This document shows positions 45,278-55,636 of a DNA stretch of 64,000 nucleotides, piece after piece. The stretch's first letter is position 1. Every line of letters begins with the position of its first letter. Where the stretch lies: assembly GCA_004431415.1 (NCBI GenBank), contig QPMI01000092.1, forward strand, positions 62,001 to 126,000, written 5' to 3'. Source of the stretch: Cyanophora paradoxa CCMP329 (Eukaryota; Plantae; Glaucophyta). The translations under genes and the position numbers were made by a program. The notes below the pieces were generated by a model. That model ran no database searches. It saw nothing but the letters and a program-made list of their open reading frames with translations, and had not been told where the DNA came from.

Positions 45278-46753
45278 GTAACGTCCCCGGAAATCAAGCC
45301 GGAACGCATTTACATTTATAAATTCGTTTGTTATAATTTGCACATAGTTATACACCTGTGGGGTGATCAAGTGCGAGTCACTATGCATTAGATCGAAGCC
45401 TGTCATAGATGGGTTTGCAGCAAGCACATTTGCTAGGACCGTATTTTCAAATAGTGACCCGTCTCGTAAATATCCTAAATTGGTCAGAATGCTGAAATTA
45501 AATAGGACTCCGGCGGCAAAGGCTGGCCCATACATAATTATTTGATGTAGCTCAAAAGGCTTAGGAAACTCGACTTTAATCCAGGGATTAGGTAAAGTGC
45601 CCCCTTGGAACCCTGTTGAGTTAGGTCGAACGTGAGAAGGTGGGTGCAATTCCTCAAAGTCGTTGCTTGTGATGTTTGCATCTGGAATTATAAACCAGTT
45701 GACATCAAATGGCGGCTCAACTGTTAAGGTAGACGATATGATAAGTCTCTCATCGTTCAGTAGGTCGTAGTTCGCCAGTAGAAAGCTACAGAGTGCATTT
45801 ATTTTAGCATTTATTTCGGTTTGTTTCAGCCATAAATCAGTCGTGGAAATCAAATAAGAAATATTCGAAGGCGAGGCATCATCAAGCTTGCTCATGACTG
45901 CAGCTGGCAGCGGAACACTTAAACGCCAGTATCTAGTGAGATTCCTATCTGCATCAACTGGAAGCAGCTCCTGCATTTGAAAGTGCGATTCCAGCTCGCT
46001 CCCAGCCATTAGCATAGAAATAATAGGGCTGCCTGAGAGGGATAGGATCCAGCCCAGGGCGCCCCAGCCTGACGTCTCTGCATTCGAAAAGCCTGCAGTC
46101 AGTTGCTCACTAGCTTGGACCTCACCACAGCTGATGCTCACAAGAACAATTGGATCCTCTGCATCATAAATTTTGCTGGCGTGGCTTAGCGCTGCAACTG
46201 AGGGATTATTCAAACAGGCGATGGCCCCGTCAACAAGGTTTTTGTCTCCTAGAACCTTCGGTGGAAAGAATGTTGGCGCTGCAGAAGATGCTCTAACTGC
46301 ATCACGAATCAGCGTGCTCGAGTATGGCCCATCTTTGGTGAAAACTACGGGCTGCATCCGAACTGTATCAAACGCTGTAATTAATATGTCTTTGGTCGAT
46401 TCTGCAATTGTGTAGTCCAGGGCAACGTCTGTGAGCACCGACTCCAGAGGGTTTGCATCATAGCGGCTTCCTGAGAGCAAGCTTGTGAGTGATCTCGGAT
46501 TTGCAAATATTACAGGTAGGTTCGTTTGATATAAACTGAAGATATCACTTGCAGAATATCGATAAGCGAGAACAGAGCCTGGGCTGGATGGGGTCGCTAA
46601 ACCAGCCGCTATTATTGCCCCTGTCGAGGTGCCTGCAAAGAAATCAAACAGCTGTGGAATTGCTTTCCCAGTAATCGCCTCGATCCGCTGTAGAATTCGG
46701 GCAATGACTATGCCACGAGCACCTCCACCTGATAGTGAGAGAATGACCTTCAT
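45269..46753 (-). CDS. Patatin-like phospholipase with C-terminal extra domain
   Basis: LSLSGGGARG, GTSTG, ASSAAPTFF, DGA (DGG variant). Confidence 0.93.
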   Translation of the reverse strand: MKVILSLSGGGARGIVIARILQRIEAITGKAIPQLFDFFAGTSTGAIIAAGLATPSSPGSVLAYRYSASDIFSLYQTNLPVIFANPRSLTSLLSGSRYDANPLESVLTDVALDYTIAESTKDILITAFDTVRMQPVVFTKDGPYSSTLIRDAVRASSAAPTFFPPKVLGDKNLVDGAIACLNNPSVAALSHASKIYDAEDPIVLVSISCGEVQASEQLTAGFSNAETSGWGALGWILSLSGSPIISMLMAGSELESHFQMQELLPVDADRNLTRYWRLSVPLPAAVMSKLDDASPSNISYLISTTDLWLKQTEINAKINALCSFLLANYDLLNDERLIISSTLTVEPPFDVNWFIIPDANITSNDFEELHPPSHVRPNSTGFQGGTLPNPWIKVEFPKPFELHQIIMYGPAFAAGVLFNFSILTNLGYLRDGSLFENTVLANVLAANPSMTGFDLMHSDSHLITPQVYNYVQIITNEFINVNAFRLDFRGRYLN

Positions 46754-46777
46754 TTTTAAAAGGGGGCTTATATAAAA

Positions 46778-49700
46778 ATGTCCTACATCTTAAAGAAGCC
46801 AGTGCCACTTCGTAAAGCTCCAGATCTCGTGGATGATCGGCATATAAATATTCGCGTATTTGGGAGTACTCTAATTGAGTACAATGCTGACAAAGATATA
46901 CACCAGACTGAGTTAAATCGCCCAGCTGCATTAATTCTGCGCAACTCACATGTTGGCGCCCCGGATATTGCACAGAGATTTTGTCTGGGTCCAGCTGAGA
47001 ATTATGTTGCTGAAATAGTCGGATCCAGGGCTTTACCGCGTCACCTACGCATTGCCTCTTCAGGCACAGTTTCCAAGTATGATTCTGGTAGATTAATATT
47101 TAGGCTTCAAAATGATAGAGGGGTCCACACATCAGCTCTACGCCTTATTGATGAATCCAATGCCATCACGAACAAGACAGCTGCTCAAATTACAGGGCGA
47201 ATCCTCCTTGGTGAAGACGCAGGGATATCAGTGCTATCATCGCAAATCCAACCATTTCCCTGGGATTTACTTTATACAGCTGCACGAGAAACAAATATTT
47301 TATACGGATTTGATGTTAATCAAATTGATACAGAGCCTGCTACCAGGTTAGATATTCCTGGATGCACCTTTGGCTCTATCCTGATTGAGGGTGACAGACA
47401 CCTGCTCCCGGCATTGCATGATAGATATGACCTAGGGCTTCGCACCAGGCAGTGGCGAAATATTCATGGAACAAATATTTATCAGGACGGTAAGAAAGTA
47501 AGCACTGAAGAGGAGGTGATCAACATTTTCAACTACTACTTTGGACCTATTGTCCCTATACCACCTATACCACCTCTTCCAGGGCTACCAAAGCCGCCAA
47601 CCCCGGATGGACCAGGTCGAGAGCGAGTTGCTGATGAAACAATCCCATTTGGTCAAAATATTATATCGTGGGAGGCTGTCAGGAATCGCCCAGTGATTGA
47701 ACCCTATAAGCATCCGCATGAAGAATACCTACCGCCTGATATAGAAGTTTTTCCACTCGAGATGTACACAGAGCCGGAAGAGCAGTTACTTCCTGATGGC
47801 TTAGATGTTCAAGAACTCGAGTACGAGCAGCCTGTGATTCCGCATGAGCAGCTGCTTCCAGACGGCTTTGAACCTATTCTCTTCCCCTTGGAGTTCACCG
47901 TAGACTGGGAATCAATTACGAACAAACCTGAGATTTTTCCGCCGGAGGAACACAGACATGATTGGGACGAGATTGATAATAAGCCTTTAAGGTTTCCCCC
48001 AGAGGATCACAGGCACGATTGGGAAGACATTGATAACGTTCCTCCGGAGTTTCCTCCAGAAGACCATAGACATAATTGGGACGAAATCGATCAACAGCCT
48101 ACCTTCGCATCCGCAGGTAATATATTAACAGACTTTCCACATGGTGTAAGTCTCTATCAGAACATTGAGATACCAGAAAGATTACAATTAAATGACTACT
48201 ACGTAAGTCGCAAAGGAATAGATGCAGGCACCACTATGGAGGGTGAACTTTATATTAGACCACCTACAAGAAATGTAATATTACCACTTGGTGGTGGCAT
48301 AGAAATTAAAGACACTAAACCAGGAATCTACTTAACCAATTACTACGTGGATGATGTCCCGATGACAGGAGGTTTAATATCTCTCCCTTCTGATCCAGCA
48401 AACTTTGATAACAAAGATGCTACTCTACAAATCAATGTGACTAATGTTAGCGATTTCGATGGTTCAAGGCCAAAATTAATATTCAGCCGTGAGCAACTCG
48501 CAGCAGAAACCCTTTTAGGAAATCGTGACGATTATAAACAGTGTGAGGTAGCATGGATAAAAACAAATTATAATGGTGGAGTTCCTGAGGGTCTTTTAGA
48601 AATCAATCAGAGAGCCTCAGCGAAAAACATTCATAACGAAAATATTTCAAGAGTCGTAACAGAAGATTATTTTAGATGGGATAATATCCCTGACGCACCC
48701 GAAAAATTCCCACCCTCAGATCATGAACATGTAAAAGCAGATATTACAGATTTCGCCCATACTCACACAAAAGACCAAATAACAGATTTCGCACACAAAC
48801 ATGTCAAAGCAGATATTACGGATTTCGCACATGAACACGTCAAAGCCGATATTACAGATTTTGCCCATACTCACACAAAAGACCAAATAACAGATTTCGC
48901 ACACAAACATGTCAAAGCAGATATTACGGATTTTGCACATGAACACGTCAAAGCCGATATTACAGATTTCGCCCACACTCACACAAAAGACCAAATAACA
49001 GATTTCGCACACAAACATGTCAAAGCAGATATTACGGATTTTGCACATGAACACGTCAAAGCCGATATTACAGATTTCGCCCATAGGCACGATTGGGACG
49101 AAATAGATCAACAGCCAGTATTTGCACAATTGAATGCAATCGGAAATGTTTTTAATGGAGTCACACTTTACCAATCGATTAATACACCTGACAGGTTATA
49201 TTTGAATGATCATTACGTTAGTCTCAATGGATCGTTTACAGGTCAAGAAGGCACACCGATGGTGGGAACTCTCGCTGTAAGATTACCCAGGGATCCAATC
49301 GTAAATGGAGTGTATAGTGGTGATTTCAACGTAGGAGTAAACGATACTTTCCCCAGTATTTATGTTACGAATTATCACCCAGGGGAAACAGGACAAGTAG
49401 CGGATTTTTCAGCAGCTATTCAAATTAATGTAACAGATCAAAGCGCATATGATGGAGCAAGACCTAAAATAGTATTCACAAGGGAGAAAGTTGTTAACTA
49501 TCTTCCCGTTGCGGGACAACCCACAGATGATCACGGAAAATGTGAGATGGCGTGGATTAAAACGACATCAGGTGGCGCCTTAGAAGTCAATCAGAGAATG
49601 GCGGCGAAAAACTTACACAATACAACCCTTTCAGGAGTGGTTACAGATGATTACCTAACCAATAAAGGATATCTTACCACCGCAGATTTAAGCAGTTATG

Positions 49701-52600
49701 CAACGGATGCAGAATTAGCGGCGGCACTTGCGAATTACTTACCTCTTACAGGTGGGACTGTTAATGGAACCGTTAACGCTACCACTTTACAAATTGGCGG
49801 AACCACAATACCAAAAGGTTTCGAATTCGATCAATTAGACACTGTTTCAACAGATAGAAGCGCAAATAATTGGACTGTTAATTGGACAGGACAAAGAACA
49901 GGACAAACAGGATGTTACACAAACCCACTAAATGATGAAGATTGCAGCGGATGTTTTATGCGTTGGACAGTTCCAGAAGGTATGAAATCGTTTTACATTC
50001 AACTTTTACTTTGGGATAATTGTAGATATTTCGATATATACGGACAAACCGTGAATAACCATCAACATTTCCTTAGACGCGTTAATAACTATCAAGCTGT
50101 TCAAGTTGGCGCCGTTCAAGATGGAACGTATATGGCTATTGCGTTTACTTCTGTAAATTGTGAATTTTACAGTAAAATATATGTTCAAGGGCGAAAAGGT
50201 CGCATTTATCTAACGGGTGTTTTCGGTTGGAGTAGACAAAGAGCAACTGATACGGATGTAGGATTAGTGCATTATGATAATATCGCTTTTAATCCTGTCG
50301 GCAAATATTCAGATTTCGATGTAGTGAGTGGTTGGAATAGCACTGGTGTAGCGTTTGTTGGAAGTTGGCAGACCGATTGGAAACCTACAACAGATAACCC
50401 AGTAGCAGGATTTTATAGCAGCACAACAGACGATGCAACCAGTAGTGACTACGCGCAAGTTGTAGTGCCGACGGGAATGAAAACATGTCACATCCAATAT
50501 TTATGTTGGACGAATGCAAGATACTTTGATATTCAGGGATTCCGCAACAGTCGATGGAATCATATTATGAGAGTGAATACTTACCAGAATGTATCAAACA
50601 CAGCCGATTCATTATGGCATGACAGTTTATTATGGACTTCCGTATTTTGTGGGAATTTTACACATATTAGAGTTGTGGCAAGAAAAGGACGTGTTCATAT
50701 TGGATATTTTGCATGGACGAAAGAAGTAGGAAGAACAGCACCAGCAAATGGAATGATAAGTTGGGATAATATTTACAGTCGTCCGGCATTAATTACAGCC
50801 GCAGACCTTCCAGGAACGGCAACATGGGCAATTGATACATGGTTAAAATCAGCAGACAACTACTCGCGGTTTTATTTTGCAAATGCAAATGCAACATACA
50901 TTAGAGGTAGACCTAATAACGATAATGCGTGTGTTGTATTCAGAAACTCAGCAGATTCTACAATTTTACAATCATATGAAAATGGCAACCTTGCGGTTAC
51001 TAATACTTTGATTGCTCCGACCATAAGTGCAACAACCATAGATGTTGCAACATTAAAAAGAAATGGTTATGAAATTCCGAAATTCTACGGTTTTGATGAC
51101 ACAGTAGCAGGTGGTGCTTATCATTCATCGGGCGGAACTTGGTCGGTTGGGTATGGAACAGCTTGGGATCCAGGATATAATTATGGTAGTCATGTGTATA
51201 ATAGTGAAAGTCAAGATGAAGTGTCTACAACAACTTGGATTCAGTATACAATTCCCACCGCATTAGTGAATGGAACAGCATACCTTACACATTTACCATG
51301 GTATAATTGCCGTTACTTTGAGATTTGGGGAGTCCGTAGTAATGGGGCAATAGTATTTATTACAAGAGTAAATAACTATCAGCCACATGATGGTAACGCA
51401 GACGGTCACCACAACGGGTTAAACAATGTCCCAATTTTCCTTGCCGGTCGATTTACTCACCTCCGTATTTATCCCAGAGTTGGAAGAGTTCACATTATGG
51501 GTATTGGTTTTACGCACGATCGAGCAAATAGTAGTTCATATGGTGGTCACACAGGTTACATTTCTTGGGATAACATTTATAGTAAGCCAAATCTACTTAC
51601 ACCGAGTTTAGTTGGAAACATTACAGGTTTTGATACTTGGAGTGGAACAGGTAGTGGTGGTCTATCATTTAGCGGATCTTGGGTATCAGGTTGGACGGCT
51701 ACTAATGATAATCCTGTGGACGGATTTTATAGCAGTATTGAAGGAGAAACGACGAGTAGTGATTGGGCGCAAATCGAAAAACCAGCAAATATGAAAACAT
51801 GTCACGTTCAATACTTGTGTTGGACAAATACAAGATATTTCGATATTGGAGGTTATCGATCGGGTAGATGGTTCCACATTATGCGAGTAAATACTTACCA
51901 GGCTATCTCAAATTATGGAACTTCTGATTATCACGATGGGTTGGCGTGGGCTTCCTTTGCTTGTGATAACTTTTCACACGTAAGATTTGTTGCAAGTAAA
52001 GGACGGTGTTACATCGGTATGGTTGGATGGACAAAAGAAAAAGGAAGAACCACACCAGCAAATGGGACGATCAGTTGGGATAACGTTTTTAGCAAACCAA
52101 ATAGCGCAACTTGGGCTACCGGAACTTGGATAACATCAACTGATAATTATGAAAGAGTATATTTCGGTTCAGCATCAACTACATATATTAGAGGACATGC
52201 AACAACAGTAGTAGAATTTAGAAATACGATAGATACACATGTAGCATTTATAAATGACGATGGTTACATGTGGGTTAGAAACTATCTCGGACAAGGTAGC
52301 GATAGAAGATACAAAACCGATATTAAAAAGATAACGGGCGCTCTTTCAGCAATTGAAAAGTTAGAAGGAGTGAGTTTTAAACGAATCGGAAGTGAAAAAG
52401 ACGGAACAAGATTAGGGTTAATTGCGCAAGATGTGCAACAGGTTATACCAGAAGTTGTTAGAGCAAAACAAGATGATGGCTACTTAGCTCTCGAATACAC
52501 GGGTTTAATTCCGGTTCTCATAGAAGCTGTTAAAGAATTATCTAAGAAATGCAAGGGTCTACAAGATCAAATAGATCAATGGCGCAGCCAGGCTGCTTAA
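46778..52600 (+). CDS. 1940 aa fibre/spike protein with His-rich phage-tail repeats and C-terminal peptidase S74 chaperone
   Basis: HxH..DITDF repeats; SDRRYKTDI...LGLIAQDVQQVIPEVV...YTGLIPVLIEAVKEL. Confidence 0.9.
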   Translation: MSYILKKPVPLRKAPDLVDDRHINIRVFGSTLIEYNADKDIHQTELNRPAALILRNSHVGAPDIAQRFCLGPAENYVAEIVGSRALPRHLRIASSGTVSKYDSGRLIFRLQNDRGVHTSALRLIDESNAITNKTAAQITGRILLGEDAGISVLSSQIQPFPWDLLYTAARETNILYGFDVNQIDTEPATRLDIPGCTFGSILIEGDRHLLPALHDRYDLGLRTRQWRNIHGTNIYQDGKKVSTEEEVINIFNYYFGPIVPIPPIPPLPGLPKPPTPDGPGRERVADETIPFGQNIISWEAVRNRPVIEPYKHPHEEYLPPDIEVFPLEMYTEPEEQLLPDGLDVQELEYEQPVIPHEQLLPDGFEPILFPLEFTVDWESITNKPEIFPPEEHRHDWDEIDNKPLRFPPEDHRHDWEDIDNVPPEFPPEDHRHNWDEIDQQPTFASAGNILTDFPHGVSLYQNIEIPERLQLNDYYVSRKGIDAGTTMEGELYIRPPTRNVILPLGGGIEIKDTKPGIYLTNYYVDDVPMTGGLISLPSDPANFDNKDATLQINVTNVSDFDGSRPKLIFSREQLAAETLLGNRDDYKQCEVAWIKTNYNGGVPEGLLEINQRASAKNIHNENISRVVTEDYFRWDNIPDAPEKFPPSDHEHVKADITDFAHTHTKDQITDFAHKHVKADITDFAHEHVKADITDFAHTHTKDQITDFAHKHVKADITDFAHEHVKADITDFAHTHTKDQITDFAHKHVKADITDFAHEHVKADITDFAHRHDWDEIDQQPVFAQLNAIGNVFNGVTLYQSINTPDRLYLNDHYVSLNGSFTGQEGTPMVGTLAVRLPRDPIVNGVYSGDFNVGVNDTFPSIYVTNYHPGETGQVADFSAAIQINVTDQSAYDGARPKIVFTREKVVNYLPVAGQPTDDHGKCEMAWIKTTSGGALEVNQRMAAKNLHNTTLSGVVTDDYLTNKGYLTTADLSSYATDAELAAALANYLPLTGGTVNGTVNATTLQIGGTTIPKGFEFDQLDTVSTDRSANNWTVNWTGQRTGQTGCYTNPLNDEDCSGCFMRWTVPEGMKSFYIQLLLWDNCRYFDIYGQTVNNHQHFLRRVNNYQAVQVGAVQDGTYMAIAFTSVNCEFYSKIYVQGRKGRIYLTGVFGWSRQRATDTDVGLVHYDNIAFNPVGKYSDFDVVSGWNSTGVAFVGSWQTDWKPTTDNPVAGFYSSTTDDATSSDYAQVVVPTGMKTCHIQYLCWTNARYFDIQGFRNSRWNHIMRVNTYQNVSNTADSLWHDSLLWTSVFCGNFTHIRVVARKGRVHIGYFAWTKEVGRTAPANGMISWDNIYSRPALITAADLPGTATWAIDTWLKSADNYSRFYFANANATYIRGRPNNDNACVVFRNSADSTILQSYENGNLAVTNTLIAPTISATTIDVATLKRNGYEIPKFYGFDDTVAGGAYHSSGGTWSVGYGTAWDPGYNYGSHVYNSESQDEVSTTTWIQYTIPTALVNGTAYLTHLPWYNCRYFEIWGVRSNGAIVFITRVNNYQPHDGNADGHHNGLNNVPIFLAGRFTHLRIYPRVGRVHIMGIGFTHDRANSSSYGGHTGYISWDNIYSKPNLLTPSLVGNITGFDTWSGTGSGGLSFSGSWVSGWTATNDNPVDGFYSSIEGETTSSDWAQIEKPANMKTCHVQYLCWTNTRYFDIGGYRSGRWFHIMRVNTYQAISNYGTSDYHDGLAWASFACDNFSHVRFVASKGRCYIGMVGWTKEKGRTTPANGTISWDNVFSKPNSATWATGTWITSTDNYERVYFGSASTTYIRGHATTVVEFRNTIDTHVAFINDDGYMWVRNYLGQGSDRRYKTDIKKITGALSAIEKLEGVSFKRIGSEKDGTRLGLIAQDVQQVIPEVVRAKQDDGYLALEYTGLIPVLIEAVKELSKKCKGLQDQIDQWRSQAA
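48722..49085 (+). repeat. 36-bp coding tandem repeat x10 (108-bp higher order)
   Basis: HEHVKADITDFA / HTHTKDQITDFA / HKHVKADITDFA cycles. Confidence 0.95.
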
Positions 52601-52631
52601 CTGCCGTAATAAAAATGTCACAGTATAGTAA

Positions 52632-52940
52632 ATGGCGACCTATCCACTTGGTGGATCTCCTTCCACTACTACTGAGCCTGTCGCTCTTGCATTCGATACT
52701 ATTAAACTTGTAGCCGCGCTACAAAACGTCGAAAAAACAATTCAGCAAACTAACAAACTGTCCCCAGTTGTTCATGAATATAAAAACCTCTTGGTTAATG
52801 TCCTCGCGCAATCGGCTTATGGTGATCCTGCCGGCAAATATAATGAGCTCGATTCAAACCTGAAAACTATGATGATGTCACTTCATAACCTATCCACTAT
52901 CTATCAAGCTCTCGGATCAAATCTGATCACTCCAGCTTGA
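52632..52940 (+). CDS. Hypothetical protein, 102 aa, helical
   Basis: ATG ORF filling intergenic space in a same-strand cluster. Confidence 0.7.
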   Translation: MATYPLGGSPSTTTEPVALAFDTIKLVAALQNVEKTIQQTNKLSPVVHEYKNLLVNVLAQSAYGDPAGKYNELDSNLKTMMMSLHNLSTIYQALGSNLITPA

Positions 52941-52977
52941 CGTTGCTGCATTATTTTTTCTCTTTCGTTTCTATCAA

Positions 52978-53826
52978 ATGACCGAGTACAATCGGGTCCA
53001 ACTACCTATCTACTCGCTCGGCTCCCCAGCCATCCATATGAGGCAGCACGAAGTTAGCGATGCCATTGCTGGATTAGAGTCCACTGAGCGGCCAAATTCA
53101 ACTAACGCCTTTGATCAGCGATCGGTGATTCGGTGTAAAGAATTGCGCGCAGATAAAAACTCTGGGGTTGTCAAAACAACGCGATTACTAGTTACAAATG
53201 CCAATTTCTCACAGCCCATAACAGGGGGAGTTGATTCGTACAGTGTTGACCTCCGAAGCATAAACTATGATCAAAACACTGCTGCCCTCACTGTGCGCTC
53301 CGGAGGAGCGGCTATTACCGGTGCTTGCCGAGTTAGTGGAGGGCTATCATCATCGATTGCCATCAATGATGTCCCAGACTTTTCATTAGAGAATGCTGAA
53401 AATCGTAAACGAGTTCGCATGTATGTACCCTGCTGTGACCTCCCCTATGCACAAGCTCTAGTAGAAGTTGAAATTACAATAGCTAATTCCAGCACACCAA
53501 ATGGTCTCGATGGAGAGAGGTTGCTTTCAAACAGAGAAATCCCCAAGGCACTTCAATCGCTCTGTCAAGATCAAAATGATCAAATAGGCCATGTTTACAC
53601 GTTCTTTGTACAGGGTCTAGGACACGCAGGACGTGGATACGTTGTTCGTAATATTAATACAAGGCATCTTTTCGATTTATATGCTACTGCTATAGGCAGA
53701 TATTCTATCCTAATCATTGGCTATCGCTCCGATGTGGCTGCATCTGTGGCCACTAGAGGACTGAATCCTGATCCGGCACTGAATAATATGTATGAGGAAG
53801 GCAATCCGGAAAATCCTATACCTTAA
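52978..53826 (+). CDS. Putative fibre-associated protein, paralog A
   Basis: Shares GLESTE, DKN.GVVKTT.L.VTNANF, RSGGA.I, R.YVP with next gene. Confidence 0.75.
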   Translation: MTEYNRVQLPIYSLGSPAIHMRQHEVSDAIAGLESTERPNSTNAFDQRSVIRCKELRADKNSGVVKTTRLLVTNANFSQPITGGVDSYSVDLRSINYDQNTAALTVRSGGAAITGACRVSGGLSSSIAINDVPDFSLENAENRKRVRMYVPCCDLPYAQALVEVEITIANSSTPNGLDGERLLSNREIPKALQSLCQDQNDQIGHVYTFFVQGLGHAGRGYVVRNINTRHLFDLYATAIGRYSILIIGYRSDVAASVATRGLNPDPALNNMYEEGNPENPIP

Positions 53827-53855
53827 GTGGAAAGTTTTATCTCCTGTTTTCTAAA

Positions 53856-54689
53856 ATGGAAGCTGTTGAAAGAATAGTAGTTCCAACTTTAACTCTTGCG
53901 GCCCCAGTAAATCACGTCCTGCAGCATGCGATTTCCGACGACGTGCCTGGCCTAGAGTCTACAGAGCAGCAGCCAACTCTTAACACTTTTCGGGAGAATC
54001 ACATATTACGTTTAGGAGAGGTTAGATGTGACAAAAATAATGGAGTGGTCAAAACAACAAATCTTGTCGTAACAAACGCAAACTTTAATGCACATTATGG
54101 GGATCCTGATAGCTATGACGACGCTAACAAGGTTAACACGTTTACCTACGAATCAAGAACAGGGGCTGTTACCTGCAGGTCCGGAGGTGCTTATATTGGA
54201 GATGGCCTGAGAGTGGGTGGAGCTGCTTGCGCCCCTATATTTGTAAATGATCAACCTAACCCTGAAAACACTAATGAAAGAATCAGAACGTATGTTCCTG
54301 GTATGAATTTGCCTTATATTATCAAAGTCTTCACGCTAAACATAAATGAGCAAACATCGATCGTAGATAACGTTCAGCCACTCGGAAATCATTTCAAGAG
54401 TGTTGTTGATATTCCCCCGGATATCTACTTCCTTTGTAGGAGAAACGATGCTCTCCGGCCAAACATAGCTGTTTTAATTAATCCTATTGACAATTTTGGT
54501 GTCGCTTTCCATTCTACTCCAGTGGGGGTTGAAGATTACCAGTTTATTGTGAGGGCTACGCTTATGGGCGCCTACAAAATTATTCTATTTGCCGAAAGAA
54601 CAGATGTGATTGCAAATGGTGTTAAGTACGGTGAGACCTTCAATTCGAATCGTTATTTCCCAATTGGTGGGGCCGATCCTAATCCCTGA
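53856..54689 (+). CDS. Putative fibre-associated protein, paralog B
   Basis: Full-length similarity to 52978..53826. Confidence 0.75.
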   Translation: MEAVERIVVPTLTLAAPVNHVLQHAISDDVPGLESTEQQPTLNTFRENHILRLGEVRCDKNNGVVKTTNLVVTNANFNAHYGDPDSYDDANKVNTFTYESRTGAVTCRSGGAYIGDGLRVGGAACAPIFVNDQPNPENTNERIRTYVPGMNLPYIIKVFTLNINEQTSIVDNVQPLGNHFKSVVDIPPDIYFLCRRNDALRPNIAVLINPIDNFGVAFHSTPVGVEDYQFIVRATLMGAYKIILFAERTDVIANGVKYGETFNSNRYFPIGGADPNP

Positions 54690-54723
54690 CTGAGCCCCGA
54701 ATTATTTACTGAGACCTCTGATA

Positions 54724-54969
54724 ATGGCCTCATGTCTTGCAGGGCTGTTTGAGTTGCTACATCATTTCCATGCACACTCCCGCTTGCAATCCCAGTGCTG
54801 CACAGCTGACCTAGATCTTTCTTTTGGTGGTGATCATGACAGCAACAGCGCCAACCGTGAAGCTGAACTCGATGCTCTTCAGCACGTAGAAGATCCAGCA
54901 CCGCCCGGTGTGCACTACCAGAGGCCTCGGACGCCGTCAATAACGTACCATCTATATCAGGATGCTTGA
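54724..54969 (+). CDS. Small hypothetical protein, 81 aa
   Basis: ATG in ATAATGG context, same-strand cluster, SQCC motif. Confidence 0.5.
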   Translation: MASCLAGLFELLHHFHAHSRLQSQCCTADLDLSFGGDHDSNSANREAELDALQHVEDPAPPGVHYQRPRTPSITYHLYQDA

Positions 54970-55064
54970 AGACTCGCTGAGGCGTCCTGGACATCCTTTT
55001 GTTTGCTTTTGAAAAAAAGAAACGGGGACAGCCAGCCGTTTCAAACACATAGATAGCTTTTTAT

Positions 55065-55568
55065 TTACGCCCTGTTTTCAATTGGGAAATTAAGACGTAG
55101 AAAAGGCCGGTCTGCCTCTGCAGTGTGCTCAAGTAGATACTGATCTCGAGCTCTGGCTGCTTCCTCCGCTGTGGAGAAGCATCCGACATCGATTGTTTTT
55201 CTATTTTTGCCAATGGTAGCAACCCATCTGCTTTTCGATCTGTTGTAACTCACTCCAAGGAATCCGCTGGTGTTATTCGAATTCTTGTCTCGATGCATTC
55301 GGTGCTGCTGTTTTGTTACGAACTTTAGATTATCTCTGCGACAATCCAGTTTATCCCCGCTGACACAGAGGATGCTATGATCTGCAGGAGCTTTCCCCTT
55401 CACCAGATCTCTAAATTTCTTATGCCATCTCTCTTCAGGGTGGAATGCTACTGGATAGCCATTCGAGTCTATGTAGAACCTCAGACCAGAGAATTTCTCC
55501 TCGTCATCTTTCGAGATTAGCACTGAGTGCACTGTGTTTGGTGTCTTCACCTGAATTGCAGAGTCCAT
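55065..55568 (-). CDS. HNH-AP2 protein with degenerate HNH
   Basis: LCVSGDKLDCRRDNL (cf. DHINGDKLDNRRENL); NTSGFLGV..NRSKSRWVATI...VGCFSTAEEAARARD = AP2 domain. Confidence 0.88.
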   Translation of the reverse strand: MDSAIQVKTPNTVHSVLISKDDEEKFSGLRFYIDSNGYPVAFHPEERWHKKFRDLVKGKAPADHSILCVSGDKLDCRRDNLKFVTKQQHRMHRDKNSNNTSGFLGVSYNRSKSRWVATIGKNRKTIDVGCFSTAEEAARARDQYLLEHTAEADRPFLRLNFPIENRA

Positions 55569-55636
55569 GTATCTTCCTTTCGATAATATAAGAGATTGTG
55601 TTCTCTTTATGTCATACACACCCCTCATATTAAACC

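Noticed and set aside
48722-49085. CRISPR-like 36-bp periodicity
   Set aside because: Contiguous in-frame coding repeats without unique spacers; no cas genes.
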